DNA of 43,802 bases from Alphaproteobacteria bacterium (GCA_022821735.1 JAJECZ010000212.1:1-43802), one strand, 5' to 3'; positions 1-10,118 are shown, counted from the stretch's first letter. Translations and numbers: made by a program. Notes: generated by a model not told the origin, from the letters alone.

Positions 1-208
1 CCATCAGTATGAACATCGGCAGCGCCAGCAGCTCCGGCGTCGTCGTGACGTTCCAGATCATCTGGGCCAGCAGCTTTTCCACCGGCATGGACCGGAAGAC
101 GCCGAGCGAGATCAGCCCGACGGATATGAGCGAGACGGCCACCCAGACGCCCGCGGCAAGCGTGATCGCAAGAAGGCCGAGGACCGTGAAGACGATGGCT
201 GTGGTCAT
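1..208 (-). CDS. TRAP transporter large permease (DctM family), N-terminal fragment running off the window
   Basis: Reverse translation from the ATG at 208 gives MTTAIVFTVLGLLAITLAAGVWVAVSLISVGLISLGVF..., a hydrophobic DctM-like N-terminus. It lies directly downstream of the DctP and DctQ genes in the same orientation. Confidence 0.7.
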   Translation of the reverse strand, partial: MTTAIVFTVLGLLAITLAAGVWVAVSLISVGLISLGVFRSMPVEKLLAQMIWNVTTTPELLALPMFILM

Positions 209-223
209 GGAGGCTCCCGCCTT

Positions 224-748
224 CTACTCGACGCTGTAGGAACGCATGGCGTCCTGGTCGTCCGGCGGATCGTCGATGAGGAGGCGGATCAGGCGGACGA
301 TCATCTGGAGGGCCAGAAGCGTGGCGCCGATCGCGAGGCCGGAGGTCGGATAGATCAGGGGGACCGCAACCACGGTGAACGAGGTGCTGCCGGCGACGAA
401 AGTCTGCCAGGCGAAGAGGATCAGGGAATAGGCGAGGTAACAGGTGATGCCGACGCCGAAGATCGTGGCGAGGAACTCCGAGGTTCGGGCCACGTGGGGG
501 TTCCGGCTGGTGATGAGGAACGCGACACGGACCTGCCCGCCGGTCCGGAGCGTGAAGGCGGCGCCGAGGAAAATCGCCGTGCCGAGAAAATAGGAACTGT
601 ATTCCCAGGCGAAGCTGAGCGAGATGTTGAAGACCGTGCGGCAGATCACTTCCGCGATGATCAGGATCACAATGCCGATCACCAGCAGCACGGCGACGAT
701 GCCGGCGACCTGAGACACCCTGTCCACGGCGGTCAGTGCTGCCCGCAC
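224..748 (-). CDS. TRAP transporter small permease (DctQ family)
   Basis: 174-aa ORF with four hydrophobic segments and DctQ-like sequence (..FNISLSFAWEYSSYFLG..GGQVRVAF..). It sits between the DctP and DctM genes. Confidence 0.85.
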   Translation of the reverse strand: MRAALTAVDRVSQVAGIVAVLLVIGIVILIIAEVICRTVFNISLSFAWEYSSYFLGTAIFLGAAFTLRTGGQVRVAFLITSRNPHVARTSEFLATIFGVGITCYLAYSLILFAWQTFVAGSTSFTVVAVPLIYPTSGLAIGATLLALQMIVRLIRLLIDDPPDDQDAMRSYSVE

Positions 749-809
749 CGTCCCCTCCCTGCGAACGGCTCCCCGGCGGAACCGGGGAGCCGCGCCGCCT
801 GCCGGTCGT

Positions 810-1803
810 TCAGCGTCCGACGGCCTTCCAGAAGTCTTCGATGACCATCTTGGCCTTCGGGTGGGTGTCCATGAAACTGGCGACCATGGGCTTGGTCGCG
901 TCCTGCATGCCCGAGAGCATTTCAGACGTGACTACGCCCATCGCGACACCGTTGTCGTTCAGGGTCTTGGACTTCGCCTCGTCCTCCATGCGGCTCACAT
1001 CCCAGAACGGGGCCTCGAGCCGCTTGGCGGTTTCCTCGATCGCGGCCCGGTCCTTCTCGTCGATGGCCGCCCAGGCGTCGAGATTGACGTTCACCATGTT
1101 CGAGCCCCAGACATGGGCGGTCGGGTACATGAACTTGAGGAACTCCCAGAACTTGCCGTCCACGCCCGAACTCGCGGAGGTGGTGACGGCGTCGATGGTG
1201 CCGGCGGCGAGCGATGGCACGACCTCGCCCCAGGGAAGCTGGACCGCCGTCATGCCGATGGCGTTGAACAGCGCGGTGGTCGTCTTGTCATAGGTGCGGA
1301 TCTTGATGCCCGCCAGGTCCTCGAGCTTGCCGATAGGCACCTTCGTGTAAACATACTGCCGGGGCCACGGCACGATGTAGAGGAGCTTCTGGTTGAACTG
1401 GGCCAGAACCTCGTCCAGCACCGGGCGGAAGTGCCCGTGCAGGGTCCGCAGCTCGTCGAAACCGGAGACCAGATAGGGCTGGGCCTCGATCCCGACGATG
1501 GGCGCCTCGCCCACCTGCTGGTTCAGCAGCACGTCGCCGATTGGCACGAGCCCGTCCCGTACCGCCGTCAGCATCTCCGGGCCCTTGAAGCCGAGCGAGC
1601 CGCCGGGATGGATGTTGATCTTCACGCGCCCCTCGGTCGCCTTCTCGACCTCGGCGGCGAACACCTTGGCGTTCTCGACGTGGAAATTACCGTCGGGCCA
1701 GGCCAGCGGCAGGTCCCACTCGGCGGCCGAAAGCGAAGTGGCGCCCAGCGACAACAGCGCGGCAGCCGCCGTTGCGGGCAAAAATCGACGCATTGCGGTC
1801 ATG
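810..1803 (-). CDS. TRAP transporter substrate-binding protein (DctP family)
   Basis: The ORF is 810..1925. The likely start is the internal ATG at 1803 (MTAMRRFLPATAAAALLSLGATSLSAAEW..., a signal peptide). The sequence is DctP-like throughout (WDLPLAWP..NFH..A..F...V...T.GRV.I..HPGGSLG). Confidence 0.9.
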
Positions 1804-2030
1804 AAAATGTCCTCCCGGTTGCTAACGTCAGCGACCATGGCAGGACTCCCGCGTGCCCGCCGGCGACTTGCAAGTCCTGCTTGTCCCGCTGGCGAAAGAC
1901 TTGCCCAGCAAGACGGTGCTGTCAAATAGCCGGTCCACGATGTCCCGGGGGCATGCGGCCCTTGCCGGCCAGGGGCCGCTCCCCCTCACGCCTCCCCCGG
2001 GCGGGGGCGTTGTGCTAGGCTCCGTGCGCA

Positions 2031-2642
2031 ATGGCAGTCCACGTTCATCGCAACGATATTCCCGAAGGTCTGGCTTTCGGCGCTCTGGCGGCGGTCGATA
2101 CCGAGACCATGGGGCTGAAGCCGTCCCGGGACCGGTTGTGCGTGGTGCAGCTTTCGGCCGGCGACGGCAATGCGCATCTGGTCCAGTTCCTCGACGATGA
2201 CTATGCCGCCCCGCGCCTGAAGGCATTGCTTACGGACCCCGGCGTCACCAAATTGTTCCACTTCGCGCGCTTCGACCTCGCGGTCCTGAAGCGTTATCTG
2301 GGCGCGGCAGCCGGGCCTGTCTATTGCACCCGCACTGCATCCCGACTGGTCCGCACCTATACCGACCGGCACGGCCTGAAAGACCTTTGCAAGGAACTGC
2401 TTGGCATCGAAATCTCCAAGACACAGCAGTCGTCGGACTGGGGCGCGGCCGACCTCACCGGCCCGCAGCGGGAATACGCCGCCGCCGATGTGCTGCATCT
2501 GCACCGCCTGAAGGAACGCCTCGATTCCATGCTCGCCAGGGAAGGCCGGATGGAACTGGCGGCGGCCTGTTTCGACTTTTTGCCGGTTCGCGCGCGGCTC
2601 GACCTCGAGGGCTGGGCCGAGGAGGATATCTTTGCTCACTGA
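2031..2642 (+). CDS. rnd: Short ribonuclease D-like 3'-5' exonuclease
   Basis: 203 aa with DEDD exonuclease motifs (AVDTETMGL; FHFARFDL; YAAADVLHL). It has the usual alphaproteobacterial position upstream of kdsD-lptCAB. Confidence 0.8.
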   Translation: MAVHVHRNDIPEGLAFGALAAVDTETMGLKPSRDRLCVVQLSAGDGNAHLVQFLDDDYAAPRLKALLTDPGVTKLFHFARFDLAVLKRYLGAAAGPVYCTRTASRLVRTYTDRHGLKDLCKELLGIEISKTQQSSDWGAADLTGPQREYAAADVLHLHRLKERLDSMLAREGRMELAAACFDFLPVRARLDLEGWAEEDIFAH

Positions 2643-3603
2643 ATCGCCCGATAACGCGGTGCGCGCGGCTGGACGCAGGGTGCTGGCGATGGAGGCGGAG
2701 GCGCTGCTGGCGCTGGCTGACAGCCTGGACGGTGCCTTCGACGAAGCGGTCGATATCCTGGCCGGTGCCAGCGGGCGCGTGATCGTGACCGGTATGGGCA
2801 AGAGCGGCCATGTCGCCGTCAAGATCGCCTCCACGCTGGCCTCGACCGGCACGCCGGCGCACTTCGTCCATCCCGGCGAGGCGGCGCACGGCGACCTCGG
2901 CATGATCGCGCGGAGCGACGTCCTGCTGGCGCTTTCGAATTCCGGCGGCACGGCCGAGCTCGCCGCCGTTATCGCCCATGCGGCGCGCAGTTCGGTGCCG
3001 CTGGTCGCGGTGACGGCCAATGCCGACAGCCCGCTCGCCGGGGCCGCCCGGCTCTCGGTGGTGCTGCCGCCGGTGTCCGAAGCCTGCCCGATGGGCCTCG
3101 CGCCCACGACCTCGACCACCATGATGCTGGCGCTCGGCGACGCCCTGGCCGTGGCGCTGCTGGAGCGCAAGGGCTTCTCCGTGCACGATTTCCGCACCCT
3201 GCATCCCGGCGGTTCGCTCGGCCAGAGCCTGCAGCTCGTTTCGGACATCATGCATGACGGGGACGCCATGCCGCTCATCGGGCCCGACACGGTGATGGCC
3301 GAGGCGGTAATCGAGATTTCGTCCAAGGCGTTTGGCTGCGTCGGCGTGACGGACGGGGCGGGCGCCCTGCTCGGCATCGTGACGGATGGCGACCTGCGCC
3401 GGTCGATGAGCACGGACCTGCTGCAGCGTCCGGCATCGGCGATCATGACCGCTCCGCCCAAGACGATCCGCCCGGGGGCGCTGGTGGCCGAGGCCGTGGC
3501 GGTGATGAACGAGGCGCAGATCACCGCGCTCTTCGTCGTCGAGGACGATTTGCCGGTCGGCATAGTCCACCTCCATGACTGCCTCCGCGCCGGGGTCGCC
3601 TGA
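2632..3603 (+). CDS. kdsD: Arabinose-5-phosphate isomerase (KpsF/GutQ family, SIS plus tandem CBS domains)
   Basis: SIS motif (GRVIVTGMGKSGHVAVKIASTLASTGTPA), CBS region and the C-terminal GIVHLHDCLRAG motif. The TTG start at 2632 is uncertain; the ATG at 2689 is an alternative. Confidence 0.9.
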   Translation: MLTESPDNAVRAAGRRVLAMEAEALLALADSLDGAFDEAVDILAGASGRVIVTGMGKSGHVAVKIASTLASTGTPAHFVHPGEAAHGDLGMIARSDVLLALSNSGGTAELAAVIAHAARSSVPLVAVTANADSPLAGAARLSVVLPPVSEACPMGLAPTTSTTMMLALGDALAVALLERKGFSVHDFRTLHPGGSLGQSLQLVSDIMHDGDAMPLIGPDTVMAEAVIEISSKAFGCVGVTDGAGALLGIVTDGDLRRSMSTDLLQRPASAIMTAPPKTIRPGALVAEAVAVMNEAQITALFVVEDDLPVGIVHLHDCLRAGVA

Positions 3604-3606
3604 GTC

Positions 3607-4245
3607 TTGGCGGTCCGCGGCGAGGCATATTTCACTTTCGCCCGCGCAGCCCGGCGGCAGCGGGGCTCGCGCTTCTATTCGCCCTTCGTGCGGGGGGCGA
3701 AGGTCGCGCTGCCGGCTGCCGCCGCCGTTCTGCTGCTTGCGGTTTTCGCGTGGCCGGAGGCCGATGAAATTCTGGTGCCGGGGTGGGACGACCAGGTGTC
3801 CACGCAGGTCTCGATGACCAACATGGAGGCCTATGGCTGGGACGAGGACCGGCCTTATTCGATCCGCTCCGCCGGCGTCCGCCGGCTCGGCGAGGAGGGG
3901 CGGCGCTTCCTGATGGACCGCCCAAGGGCCTGGATGGTCCTTCCCGACGGTGCATGGCTCTCCGGCAGCAGCGAGAGCGGCGTCGTGGACTGGACGGAAC
4001 GGACCGTGCATCTGTCGGGCGAGGTCCGGCTCAGCCACGAGGCGGGCTACGCAATCCATACCCAGGCGGCCTTCGTGAACCTGGCCGACAGGACGGCGGC
4101 CGGCGACGGGCCGGTGGAGGGCGGCGGCAATGCCGGCCGATTCCGGGCCGAGGGCTTCCAGGTCCTGGACGGCGGCAACAGGATTCTCCTGCTTGGCCGC
4201 TCCGCCGTCCGTTTCGATTCTGCTCCGGCAGCAGCGCCGCAATGA
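3607..4245 (+). CDS. lptC: LPS export protein LptC
   Basis: 212 aa with one N-terminal TM segment (VALPAAAAVLLLAVFAW). It lies between kdsD and lptA. Sequence similarity is weak, as is usual for LptC, so the call rests mainly on synteny. Confidence 0.65.
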   Translation: MAVRGEAYFTFARAARRQRGSRFYSPFVRGAKVALPAAAAVLLLAVFAWPEADEILVPGWDDQVSTQVSMTNMEAYGWDEDRPYSIRSAGVRRLGEEGRRFLMDRPRAWMVLPDGAWLSGSSESGVVDWTERTVHLSGEVRLSHEAGYAIHTQAAFVNLADRTAAGDGPVEGGGNAGRFRAEGFQVLDGGNRILLLGRSAVRFDSAPAAAPQ

Positions 4246-5042
4246 AGTGGGCGGCGTTCGCCATTCTCCCGATCCTGGCGTCCGCTGCGGCGGGAGCGTT
4301 CGAACTCGACCTCGCGACCGGAACCGGCGGGCCGGTCCAGATCGAGGCGGCCCGGAGCATCGAGTGGCGGCGCGACGAAAAGGTCTATATCGCGGAGGGA
4401 AACGTCCGCGCCGAGCAGGGCGGCCTCGTGCTGGAGGCGGAAACGCTGGCCGCCCATTACCGGCCGGACGAGGCGGGCAAGACCCAGATCGAACGGATCG
4501 AGGCGAGCGGCGGCGTAACGATCAGGTCCCCGGACGGGACCGCCAGCGGCAGCGAGGCGGTTTACGACCTCGACAAGTCGCTCATCGTGATGCGCGGCGG
4601 CGACCTCGCGCTCGAGACCGCCGAATACCGGGTCACGGCCCGCGACAGCCTCGAATTCCATCGGGGCGAAAGCTATGCGGTGGCGCGCGGTGCCGCCCGG
4701 GCGGTGCGGGCGGAGGAGTCCGTCTCGGCGGAGACCCTGGTGTTGCGGTTCGAGGAGACGGCCGAAGGCGGTCTCGCCGCACGGCGCCTGGAGGCGTTCG
4801 GCGGCGTCGAGGTTCGCAACGGACCGGACACGATCACCGGCGAGCGGGGCTTCTACGACACTGAGGCCCAGACCGCCGAAATCTGCGGCGACGTCCGGGT
4901 GCAGCAAGGCCCCAACAGGATGGCCGGCGAATGTGCCGAGCTGGACCTTGCAAGAGGCCGCAGCCGCCTGGTCGCGGGCGCCGGCCAGCGCGTGAGCGGA
5001 CTGTTCGAGCCCGGCGCAGCGGACCTCGCGCCGGCGCGATGA
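4242..5042 (+). CDS. lptA: LPS transport periplasmic protein LptA (OstA-like)
   Basis: The ATG at 4242 overlaps the lptC stop. There is a signal peptide (MKWAAFAILPILASAAAGA) and repeated OstA-like strands (..YIAEGNVRAEQGG..; ..ICGDVRVQQGPNRMAGE..). Confidence 0.8.
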   Translation: MKWAAFAILPILASAAAGAFELDLATGTGGPVQIEAARSIEWRRDEKVYIAEGNVRAEQGGLVLEAETLAAHYRPDEAGKTQIERIEASGGVTIRSPDGTASGSEAVYDLDKSLIVMRGGDLALETAEYRVTARDSLEFHRGESYAVARGAARAVRAEESVSAETLVLRFEETAEGGLAARRLEAFGGVEVRNGPDTITGERGFYDTEAQTAEICGDVRVQQGPNRMAGECAELDLARGRSRLVAGAGQRVSGLFEPGAADLAPAR

Positions 5043-5767
5043 CGGAGACCGGCCTCGCCGCGTCCGGCCTTGCCAAACGGTATCGCAGGCGCACGGTCCT
5101 GCGCGATGTGTCGCTGTCTGTAGGCCGAGGCGAGGCTGTCGGCCTGCTCGGGCCGAACGGCGCCGGCAAGACGACCTGCTTTTACATCCTGACCGGCCTA
5201 ACCGCGCCGGACAGCGGCCATGTCAGCATCGACGGGGAGGATGTGACCGGCCTGCCGCTCTACCGCCGCGCGCGGCTCGGACTTGGCTACCTGCCGCAGG
5301 AGCCATCGATCTTCCGGGGCCTGACGGTCGAGGCGAACATCCGCGCCGTCCTCGAAGTGGTCGAGAGCAGCCGGCGTCTGCGCGCCGCCGTCCTGGAAGA
5401 CCTGCTGGAAGAATTCGCCATTGCTCATTTGCGCCGCTCGCCGGCACTGGCGCTGTCCGGCGGCGAACGGCGGCGGGTGGAGATCGCCCGCGCGCTTGCG
5501 GCGCGTCCGAACTACGTCCTGCTGGATGAGCCGCTGGCCGGGATCGATCCGATCGCGGTCGGCGAAATCCGCGACCTGGTCTCGCATCTCAAGGACCGGG
5601 GTATCGGCGTGCTGATTACCGACCACAATGTCCGAGAGACACTGGAGATCGTGGACCGCGCCTATATCCTGGCGGGCGGCGCCATCCTCAAGGAAGGCGT
5701 CCCGGCGGAAATCATCGCCGACGAGCATGTCCGCCGCGTCTATCTGGGCGACAGCTTCAGCCTATAG
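5039..5767 (+). CDS. lptB: LPS export ABC transporter ATP-binding protein LptB
   Basis: The ATG at 5039 overlaps the lptA stop. It has Walker A (GPNGAGKTT), the signature (LSGGERRRVEIARAL) and Walker B (VLLDEP), plus the LptB-typical C-terminus (..VRRVYLGDSF). Confidence 0.95.
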   Translation: MTETGLAASGLAKRYRRRTVLRDVSLSVGRGEAVGLLGPNGAGKTTCFYILTGLTAPDSGHVSIDGEDVTGLPLYRRARLGLGYLPQEPSIFRGLTVEANIRAVLEVVESSRRLRAAVLEDLLEEFAIAHLRRSPALALSGGERRRVEIARALAARPNYVLLDEPLAGIDPIAVGEIRDLVSHLKDRGIGVLITDHNVRETLEIVDRAYILAGGAILKEGVPAEIIADEHVRRVYLGDSFSL

Positions 5768-5824
5768 GGCGGCTTTTGGGCTATAACGCGCCTTCGGGAG
5801 AGGACGGGAGCGGCGAACGGCTGC

Positions 5825-7258
5825 ATGAGGACGATGGCGCTCGGACCGGGGTTGCGGCAACGCCAGGCTCAGGGGCTGGCGATGACGCCGAGGCTGCAGC
5901 AGTCGATCAGGCTGTTGCAGATGGGCAGCCTCGAACTCGAAGCGTTCGTCGACTCGCAGCTCGAGGAAAACCCGCTTCTGAAACGCGGTGAGCCGGATGG
6001 CGAGGAAGGCGCCGCCGAGGCGCCGGGCGAGCCGGGCTTGGGGTCCGAGGCCGCCGAGGACAGGTTCCGCATGGCGGAGGACCTCGCCGCTATTCCCCGC
6101 AGCGCCGGCGGTTTCGACGGCGATCTGCCCGGCCCGGACGAGCGCGTGGCTGCCGCGCCCAGCCTGCGCGACCGCCTGGAACGCCAGTTGATGCTCGACA
6201 TCGCGGATCCCCGGGACCGGCTGATCGGGCGGGCGGTCATTGACGCGCTCGATCCCTCCGGCTGGTTCACCGTCGATCTCGTCGATTTTGCGCTTGCCCT
6301 GGGGGCCTTGCCGGAGGATGTCGAACGAGTGCTGCTGCGTCTGCAACAGTTCGAGCCGGCGGGTCTGTTCGCCCGCTCGCTCGCCGAATGCCTGGCGCTG
6401 CAGCTGCGCGACCGGGGCCGCTACGACACGGCCATGGCGTCGCTGCTCGACAATCTCGGGCTTCTGGCAGCGGGACGATTCGACGCGCTCGGCAAGGCCT
6501 GCGGCGTCACCGGGGACGAGCTTGCCCGGATGGTCCGCGAGTTGCGTTCTCTCGACCCGAAACCGGCCTCGGCGCTCGACGACGACGCGGCCGCCCTGCC
6601 GGTCATTCCCGATATTCTGGTGCGCACGCATCCCGGCGGCGGCTGGGCGGTCGAGCTCAACGACCAGGCGCTGCCCCGCGTGCTGGTGGACCGCGAATAT
6701 TACGCCCGCGTGCGTGGCGATGCGGCGTCGGATGCGGACCGGGAGTTCCTTGCAGACCGGCTGAGCAGCGCGAACTGGCTGGTGAAGGCCCTGCACCAGA
6801 GGGCGGAAACCATGCTGAAGGTGGGCGCGGAGCTGGTGCGCCGTCAGCAGGACTTCTTCGCGCACGGAGTCCGGCATCTGCGCCCGCTGACGCTCCGGGA
6901 CATCGCGGAGGCGGTCGGCATCCACGAAAGCACCGTCAGCCGGGTGACGGCCAACAAGACCATGGCCACGCCGCTCGGCCTTTTCGAACTGAAATATTTC
7001 TTCACCGCCGCCATAGCCGGAACGGGCGGCGGCGAGGCCCATTCCGCCGAAGCGGTCCGGCATCGGCTGAAGGGGCTGATCGACGCGGAAGACCCCGGCA
7101 GGACGCTCTCCGACGACAAGCTCGCGGACGCGATGCGCGTCGAGGGCATCGACATTGCGCGGCGGACTGTCGCGAAATACCGGGAGACAATGGGTATTCC
7201 TTCTTCGGCGCACCGTCGCCGGCGCAAATTGGCGGCGGTCGGAGGAAAAGGGCATTGA
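5825..7258 (+). CDS. rpoN: RNA polymerase sigma-54 factor
   Basis: Region I (LRQRQAQGLAMTPRLQQSIRLLQM), HTH and RpoN box (ARRTVAKYRE) are all visible. Confidence 0.95.
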   Translation: MRTMALGPGLRQRQAQGLAMTPRLQQSIRLLQMGSLELEAFVDSQLEENPLLKRGEPDGEEGAAEAPGEPGLGSEAAEDRFRMAEDLAAIPRSAGGFDGDLPGPDERVAAAPSLRDRLERQLMLDIADPRDRLIGRAVIDALDPSGWFTVDLVDFALALGALPEDVERVLLRLQQFEPAGLFARSLAECLALQLRDRGRYDTAMASLLDNLGLLAAGRFDALGKACGVTGDELARMVRELRSLDPKPASALDDDAAALPVIPDILVRTHPGGGWAVELNDQALPRVLVDREYYARVRGDAASDADREFLADRLSSANWLVKALHQRAETMLKVGAELVRRQQDFFAHGVRHLRPLTLRDIAEAVGIHESTVSRVTANKTMATPLGLFELKYFFTAAIAGTGGGEAHSAEAVRHRLKGLIDAEDPGRTLSDDKLADAMRVEGIDIARRTVAKYRETMGIPSSAHRRRRKLAAVGGKGH

Positions 7259-7325
7259 CCGCAGGCCGCGGGCGCTCCTAATTTCGGGTAGAACCGCCCG
7301 GTCCGGAGACAGTGGGGAGCGGCAG

Positions 7326-7910
7326 GTGCGGATTTCCGTAAGCGGTAAACAACTGGACGTGAGCCAGGGGCTCGCCGAACGGGTCAAGACGTCGCTGGAG
7401 CAGTCGGTAGCCCGTTATTTCGACCGGGCGATCGATGCCCAGATCGCGTTTTCGAAGCAGGGCGCCGGTGTCCGGGCGGACGTCTCGGTCCATGCCGGGC
7501 GCGGGCTCACGGTGCAGACGCACGGCCAGGCGACGGACCCGTGGCAGGCCTTCGGCGAGGCGGAGGAGAAGGTCGCGAAGCGCCTGCGCCGCCACAAGCG
7601 CCGTTTGCGCAGCCACCACCGCCGCGAGGAGACGGAGCTCGACCGCTGGTCCGTCGCCCACCGGATCCTCGACGAACCGGAGGGCGCCGGCGAGGAGGCG
7701 CCCGAGGACGCGCCTGCGATCATCGCGGAGATGACGGACGATGTGCTGACGCTCAGCGTCGGCGAGGCCGTGATGCACATGGATTTCGGCGGCCAGCCGG
7801 CATTGATGTTCCGCAATGCCGCGCATGGCGGGCTGAACATGATCTACCGGCGCGCCGACGGCAATGTCGGCTGGGTTGACCCCGACGGCCAGCCCGGCCC
7901 CGGCGGCTGA
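7326..7910 (+). CDS. hpf: Ribosome hibernation promoting factor (long HPF)
   Basis: The GTG at 7326 gives VRISVSGKQLDVSQGLAERVKTSLEQSV..., an HPF/YfiA N-domain, plus a C-terminal dimerisation domain (..ALMFRNAAHGGLNMIYRRADGNVGWV). It lies downstream of rpoN. Confidence 0.9.
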   Translation: MRISVSGKQLDVSQGLAERVKTSLEQSVARYFDRAIDAQIAFSKQGAGVRADVSVHAGRGLTVQTHGQATDPWQAFGEAEEKVAKRLRRHKRRLRSHHRREETELDRWSVAHRILDEPEGAGEEAPEDAPAIIAEMTDDVLTLSVGEAVMHMDFGGQPALMFRNAAHGGLNMIYRRADGNVGWVDPDGQPGPGG

Positions 7911-7917
7911 CGTCCCG

Positions 7918-8364
7918 ATGGGCGTCCTTGAGCTGGTCGGTCCCGACGGCGTGATGGCCGATCTGGAGGCGTCCAGCAAGAAACACGCGCTGGAATTGAT
8001 GGCGGCCTTCGCAGCCGACAGCCTGGGGCTGAGCTCGAAGGCGGTGTTCACCGTGCTGGTGGACCGCGAAAAGCTCGGCAGCACCGGCGTCGGGCGCGGC
8101 ATCGCCATTCCGCATGCCAAGATGGCCGGCCTCGAGGGCATTCACGGTTTCCTCATCCGTTCGCGCGAAGCCGTGCCGTTCGAGGCCGTGGACGACGAGC
8201 CGGTGGATCTCTTCTTCCTGCTGCTCGCCCCGGAAAGCGCGGGCGCGGAGCACCTGAAGGCGCTGGCGCGGGTTTCGCGCGCGCTTCGCGACCGGGACAC
8301 GGTGAAGGCGCTGCGCGAGGCCGCCGGCGCCGCCGCCATGCGCGCGGTGCTGGAGGACGGCTAG
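7918..8364 (+). CDS. ptsN: PTS IIA-like nitrogen regulatory protein PtsN
   Basis: EIIA(Ntr) motifs are present (STGVGRGIAIPHAK with the phospho-His; DLFFLLLAP). The ATG at 7918, just after the hpf stop, is preferred over the ORF-track start at 7864. Confidence 0.9.
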   Translation: MGVLELVGPDGVMADLEASSKKHALELMAAFAADSLGLSSKAVFTVLVDREKLGSTGVGRGIAIPHAKMAGLEGIHGFLIRSREAVPFEAVDDEPVDLFFLLLAPESAGAEHLKALARVSRALRDRDTVKALREAAGAAAMRAVLEDG

Positions 8365-9542
8365 GCGGTCCGCTGCGGTCGGCGCATCCGGTGCGCGAGA
8401 AGGCCGGCCAGCAGCAGGCTGCACGCCGAAAGCGCCATCATGAACCAGAACGCGTCGCCGCCGAAGCGCTCGTAGAGCGGCCCCGAGGCCACGAGGGCGA
8501 GCCCCGTGGCCCCGCCCATCGCGATGGACGAATGGAGGCCCTGCGCGGTCGCCGAAATTTCGGGCGCGACATGGCGCTGGAGCCAGGTCATGCCGCCCAG
8601 ATGCGTCGCCGCGAAGGTGAAGCCGTGCAGCATCTGGACGGGCGCGAGCAGCCAGAGGTCGGTGGTGAGCGCCGTGCCCGCCCAGCGCAGCATGGCCGCC
8701 GACGCGCCGAGCGCGATCAGGCCCGCGATCCCGAGCCGGTCCACGACCCGGTTGCCGAGGGCGAAGAGCGCGACTTCCGAGATGACGCCGACCGCCCAGA
8801 GCGGCCCGATGACATCCTTGCCGTGCCCGGCGGCCTCCCAGTGCAGCGTGCCGAACCCGATCAGCACGGCATGGCTCGCCATGTTGCAGGCGATGGCGGC
8901 GGCGCATAGCAGGAAACCGGTATCCGTCATCAGCCGGCCGACCGCATGGCGGGACGCGCGCCGCGTCTCCGGGCGGGCGTCGGGCAGCGCCGCCGTCGCC
9001 GCCGCGACCAGGAGCAGGCCGCCGACCATGGCCGCGACGATGGCCCCGTCGCCGCGTCCGGCCAGCGCCCAGCCGCCGGCCGTGGAGGCCAGGATGAACG
9101 CAACCGAGCCCCAGACGCGCATCCTGCCGTAGTCGAGCCTGCGGGCGCGCGCCGTCAGCAGCGCGATATTGTCGGAGAGCGGCAGGGTCGGCCCGTGGGC
9201 GAGCGCGAACAGCAGCACGAGAAGGAAGACCGGCCAGAAGCTCTCCGCCAGCGGGAAGCAGGCGGCAACCGCCACCGAGGCGACGGCGAAGCGCAGCGCG
9301 TAGCGCCGCCGTTCCCCGCGCCAGTCGGCGTAGCGCATCACCGCGGGGTTGACGGCCACGCGAAGCCACATGCTCGCCGCCATGACCCAGGCGATTTCCG
9401 GCGCGCCCAGGCCCCGGGATTCGAGCCAGAGCGGGAAAAAGGGCTGATAGACGCCGACCATCGCGAAATAGGCGGTATAGAAGAGCGAAATGCGGAGCGA
9501 GGGGCGCGCGGTCTCCGCCAGACGGACCCGGGAGGTGCTCAA
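8361..9542 (-). CDS. MFS transporter (3-phenylpropionate/HcaT-like PPP family)
   Basis: About 393 aa from a TTG at 9542 (LSTSRVRLAETARPSLRISLFYTAYFAMVGVYQPFFPLWLESRGL...), with twelve hydrophobic segments. The longer 529-aa ORF N-terminus is Arg/His-rich and overlaps the divergent gene. Confidence 0.8.
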   Translation of the reverse strand: MSTSRVRLAETARPSLRISLFYTAYFAMVGVYQPFFPLWLESRGLGAPEIAWVMAASMWLRVAVNPAVMRYADWRGERRRYALRFAVASVAVAACFPLAESFWPVFLLVLLFALAHGPTLPLSDNIALLTARARRLDYGRMRVWGSVAFILASTAGGWALAGRGDGAIVAAMVGGLLLVAAATAALPDARPETRRASRHAVGRLMTDTGFLLCAAAIACNMASHAVLIGFGTLHWEAAGHGKDVIGPLWAVGVISEVALFALGNRVVDRLGIAGLIALGASAAMLRWAGTALTTDLWLLAPVQMLHGFTFAATHLGGMTWLQRHVAPEISATAQGLHSSIAMGGATGLALVASGPLYERFGGDAFWFMMALSACSLLLAGLLAHRMRRPQRTA

Positions 9543-9593
9543 GCCGCCGGCCTCCGGTATATGGAACCGCCGACAGGGGGGCCGGACACGGAC

Positions 9594-10118
9594 ATGGACG
9601 ATTGGCGGGACGGAATTTTCGAAGCGGTCAAGGCGGCGGGCGTGACCCAGGTCGCCTATGTGCCGGACGCCGGGCACAGCCGGCTGATCGAGCGCTCGCT
9701 GGAGGACAACGACCTGCGCGCGGTGTCGCTCACCACCGAGGAGGAGGGCGTGGCGCTGCTCGCCGGCGCTTGGCTTGGCGGCGCGAAGGGCGTGCTGCTG
9801 CTGCAATCCTCGGGCGTCGGCAACTGCGTCAACATGCTCTCCCTGGCCAGGACCTGCGCCTTCCCGCTGGTGATGCTGGTGACCATGCGCGGGGAATGGG
9901 GCGAGTTCAATAGCTGGCAGAAGCCGATGGGCGTGACGACCCAGGCGCATCTGGAACTCTGCGGCGCCACCTGCTACCGCTGCGACCGGCCGGAGGACGT
10001 GCGTGAGACCGTCGAGTCGGCCTTCCGCTTCGCCTACTACACCAACTCCATCGCCGCCGTGCTGCTGGGGCAGCGGCTGATCGGCGCCAAGGTCTTCGAG
10101 GAGCCGGCCTCATGCTGA
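9594..10118 (+). CDS. TPP-dependent decarboxylase, alpha subunit (sulfopyruvate/phosphonopyruvate decarboxylase family)
   Basis: N-terminal TPP (pyrimidine-binding) domain pattern: ..VAYVPDAGHSRLIE..TTEEEGVALLAGAWLGG..LLLQSSGVGNCVNMLS..VTMRGEWGEFNSWQKPMG. The ATG at 9561 is an alternative start. Confidence 0.65.
   Translation: MDDWRDGIFEAVKAAGVTQVAYVPDAGHSRLIERSLEDNDLRAVSLTTEEEGVALLAGAWLGGAKGVLLLQSSGVGNCVNMLSLARTCAFPLVMLVTMRGEWGEFNSWQKPMGVTTQAHLELCGATCYRCDRPEDVRETVESAFRFAYYTNSIAAVLLGQRLIGAKVFEEPASC

Noticed and set aside
1986-4242. Very long reverse-strand ORFs (549 aa at 1986-3635; 595 aa at 2455-4242) overlapping rnd, kdsD and lptC.
   Set aside because: Their products are Arg/Ala/Pro/Gly-rich and low-complexity. 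They lie antisense to genes with unmistakable family motifs. These are typical shadow ORFs of high-GC DNA, where stop codons are rare.
5762-7387. 541-aa reverse ORF covering the whole rpoN region.
   Set aside because: It is antisense to a clear sigma-54 gene, has no recognisable motifs and has an Arg/Pro-rich composition.
7753-9369. 538-aa reverse ORF spanning the ptsN end and the MFS gene in another frame.
   Set aside because: It overlaps two well-supported genes, and its extreme Arg/Gly/Ala content indicates a wrong frame.
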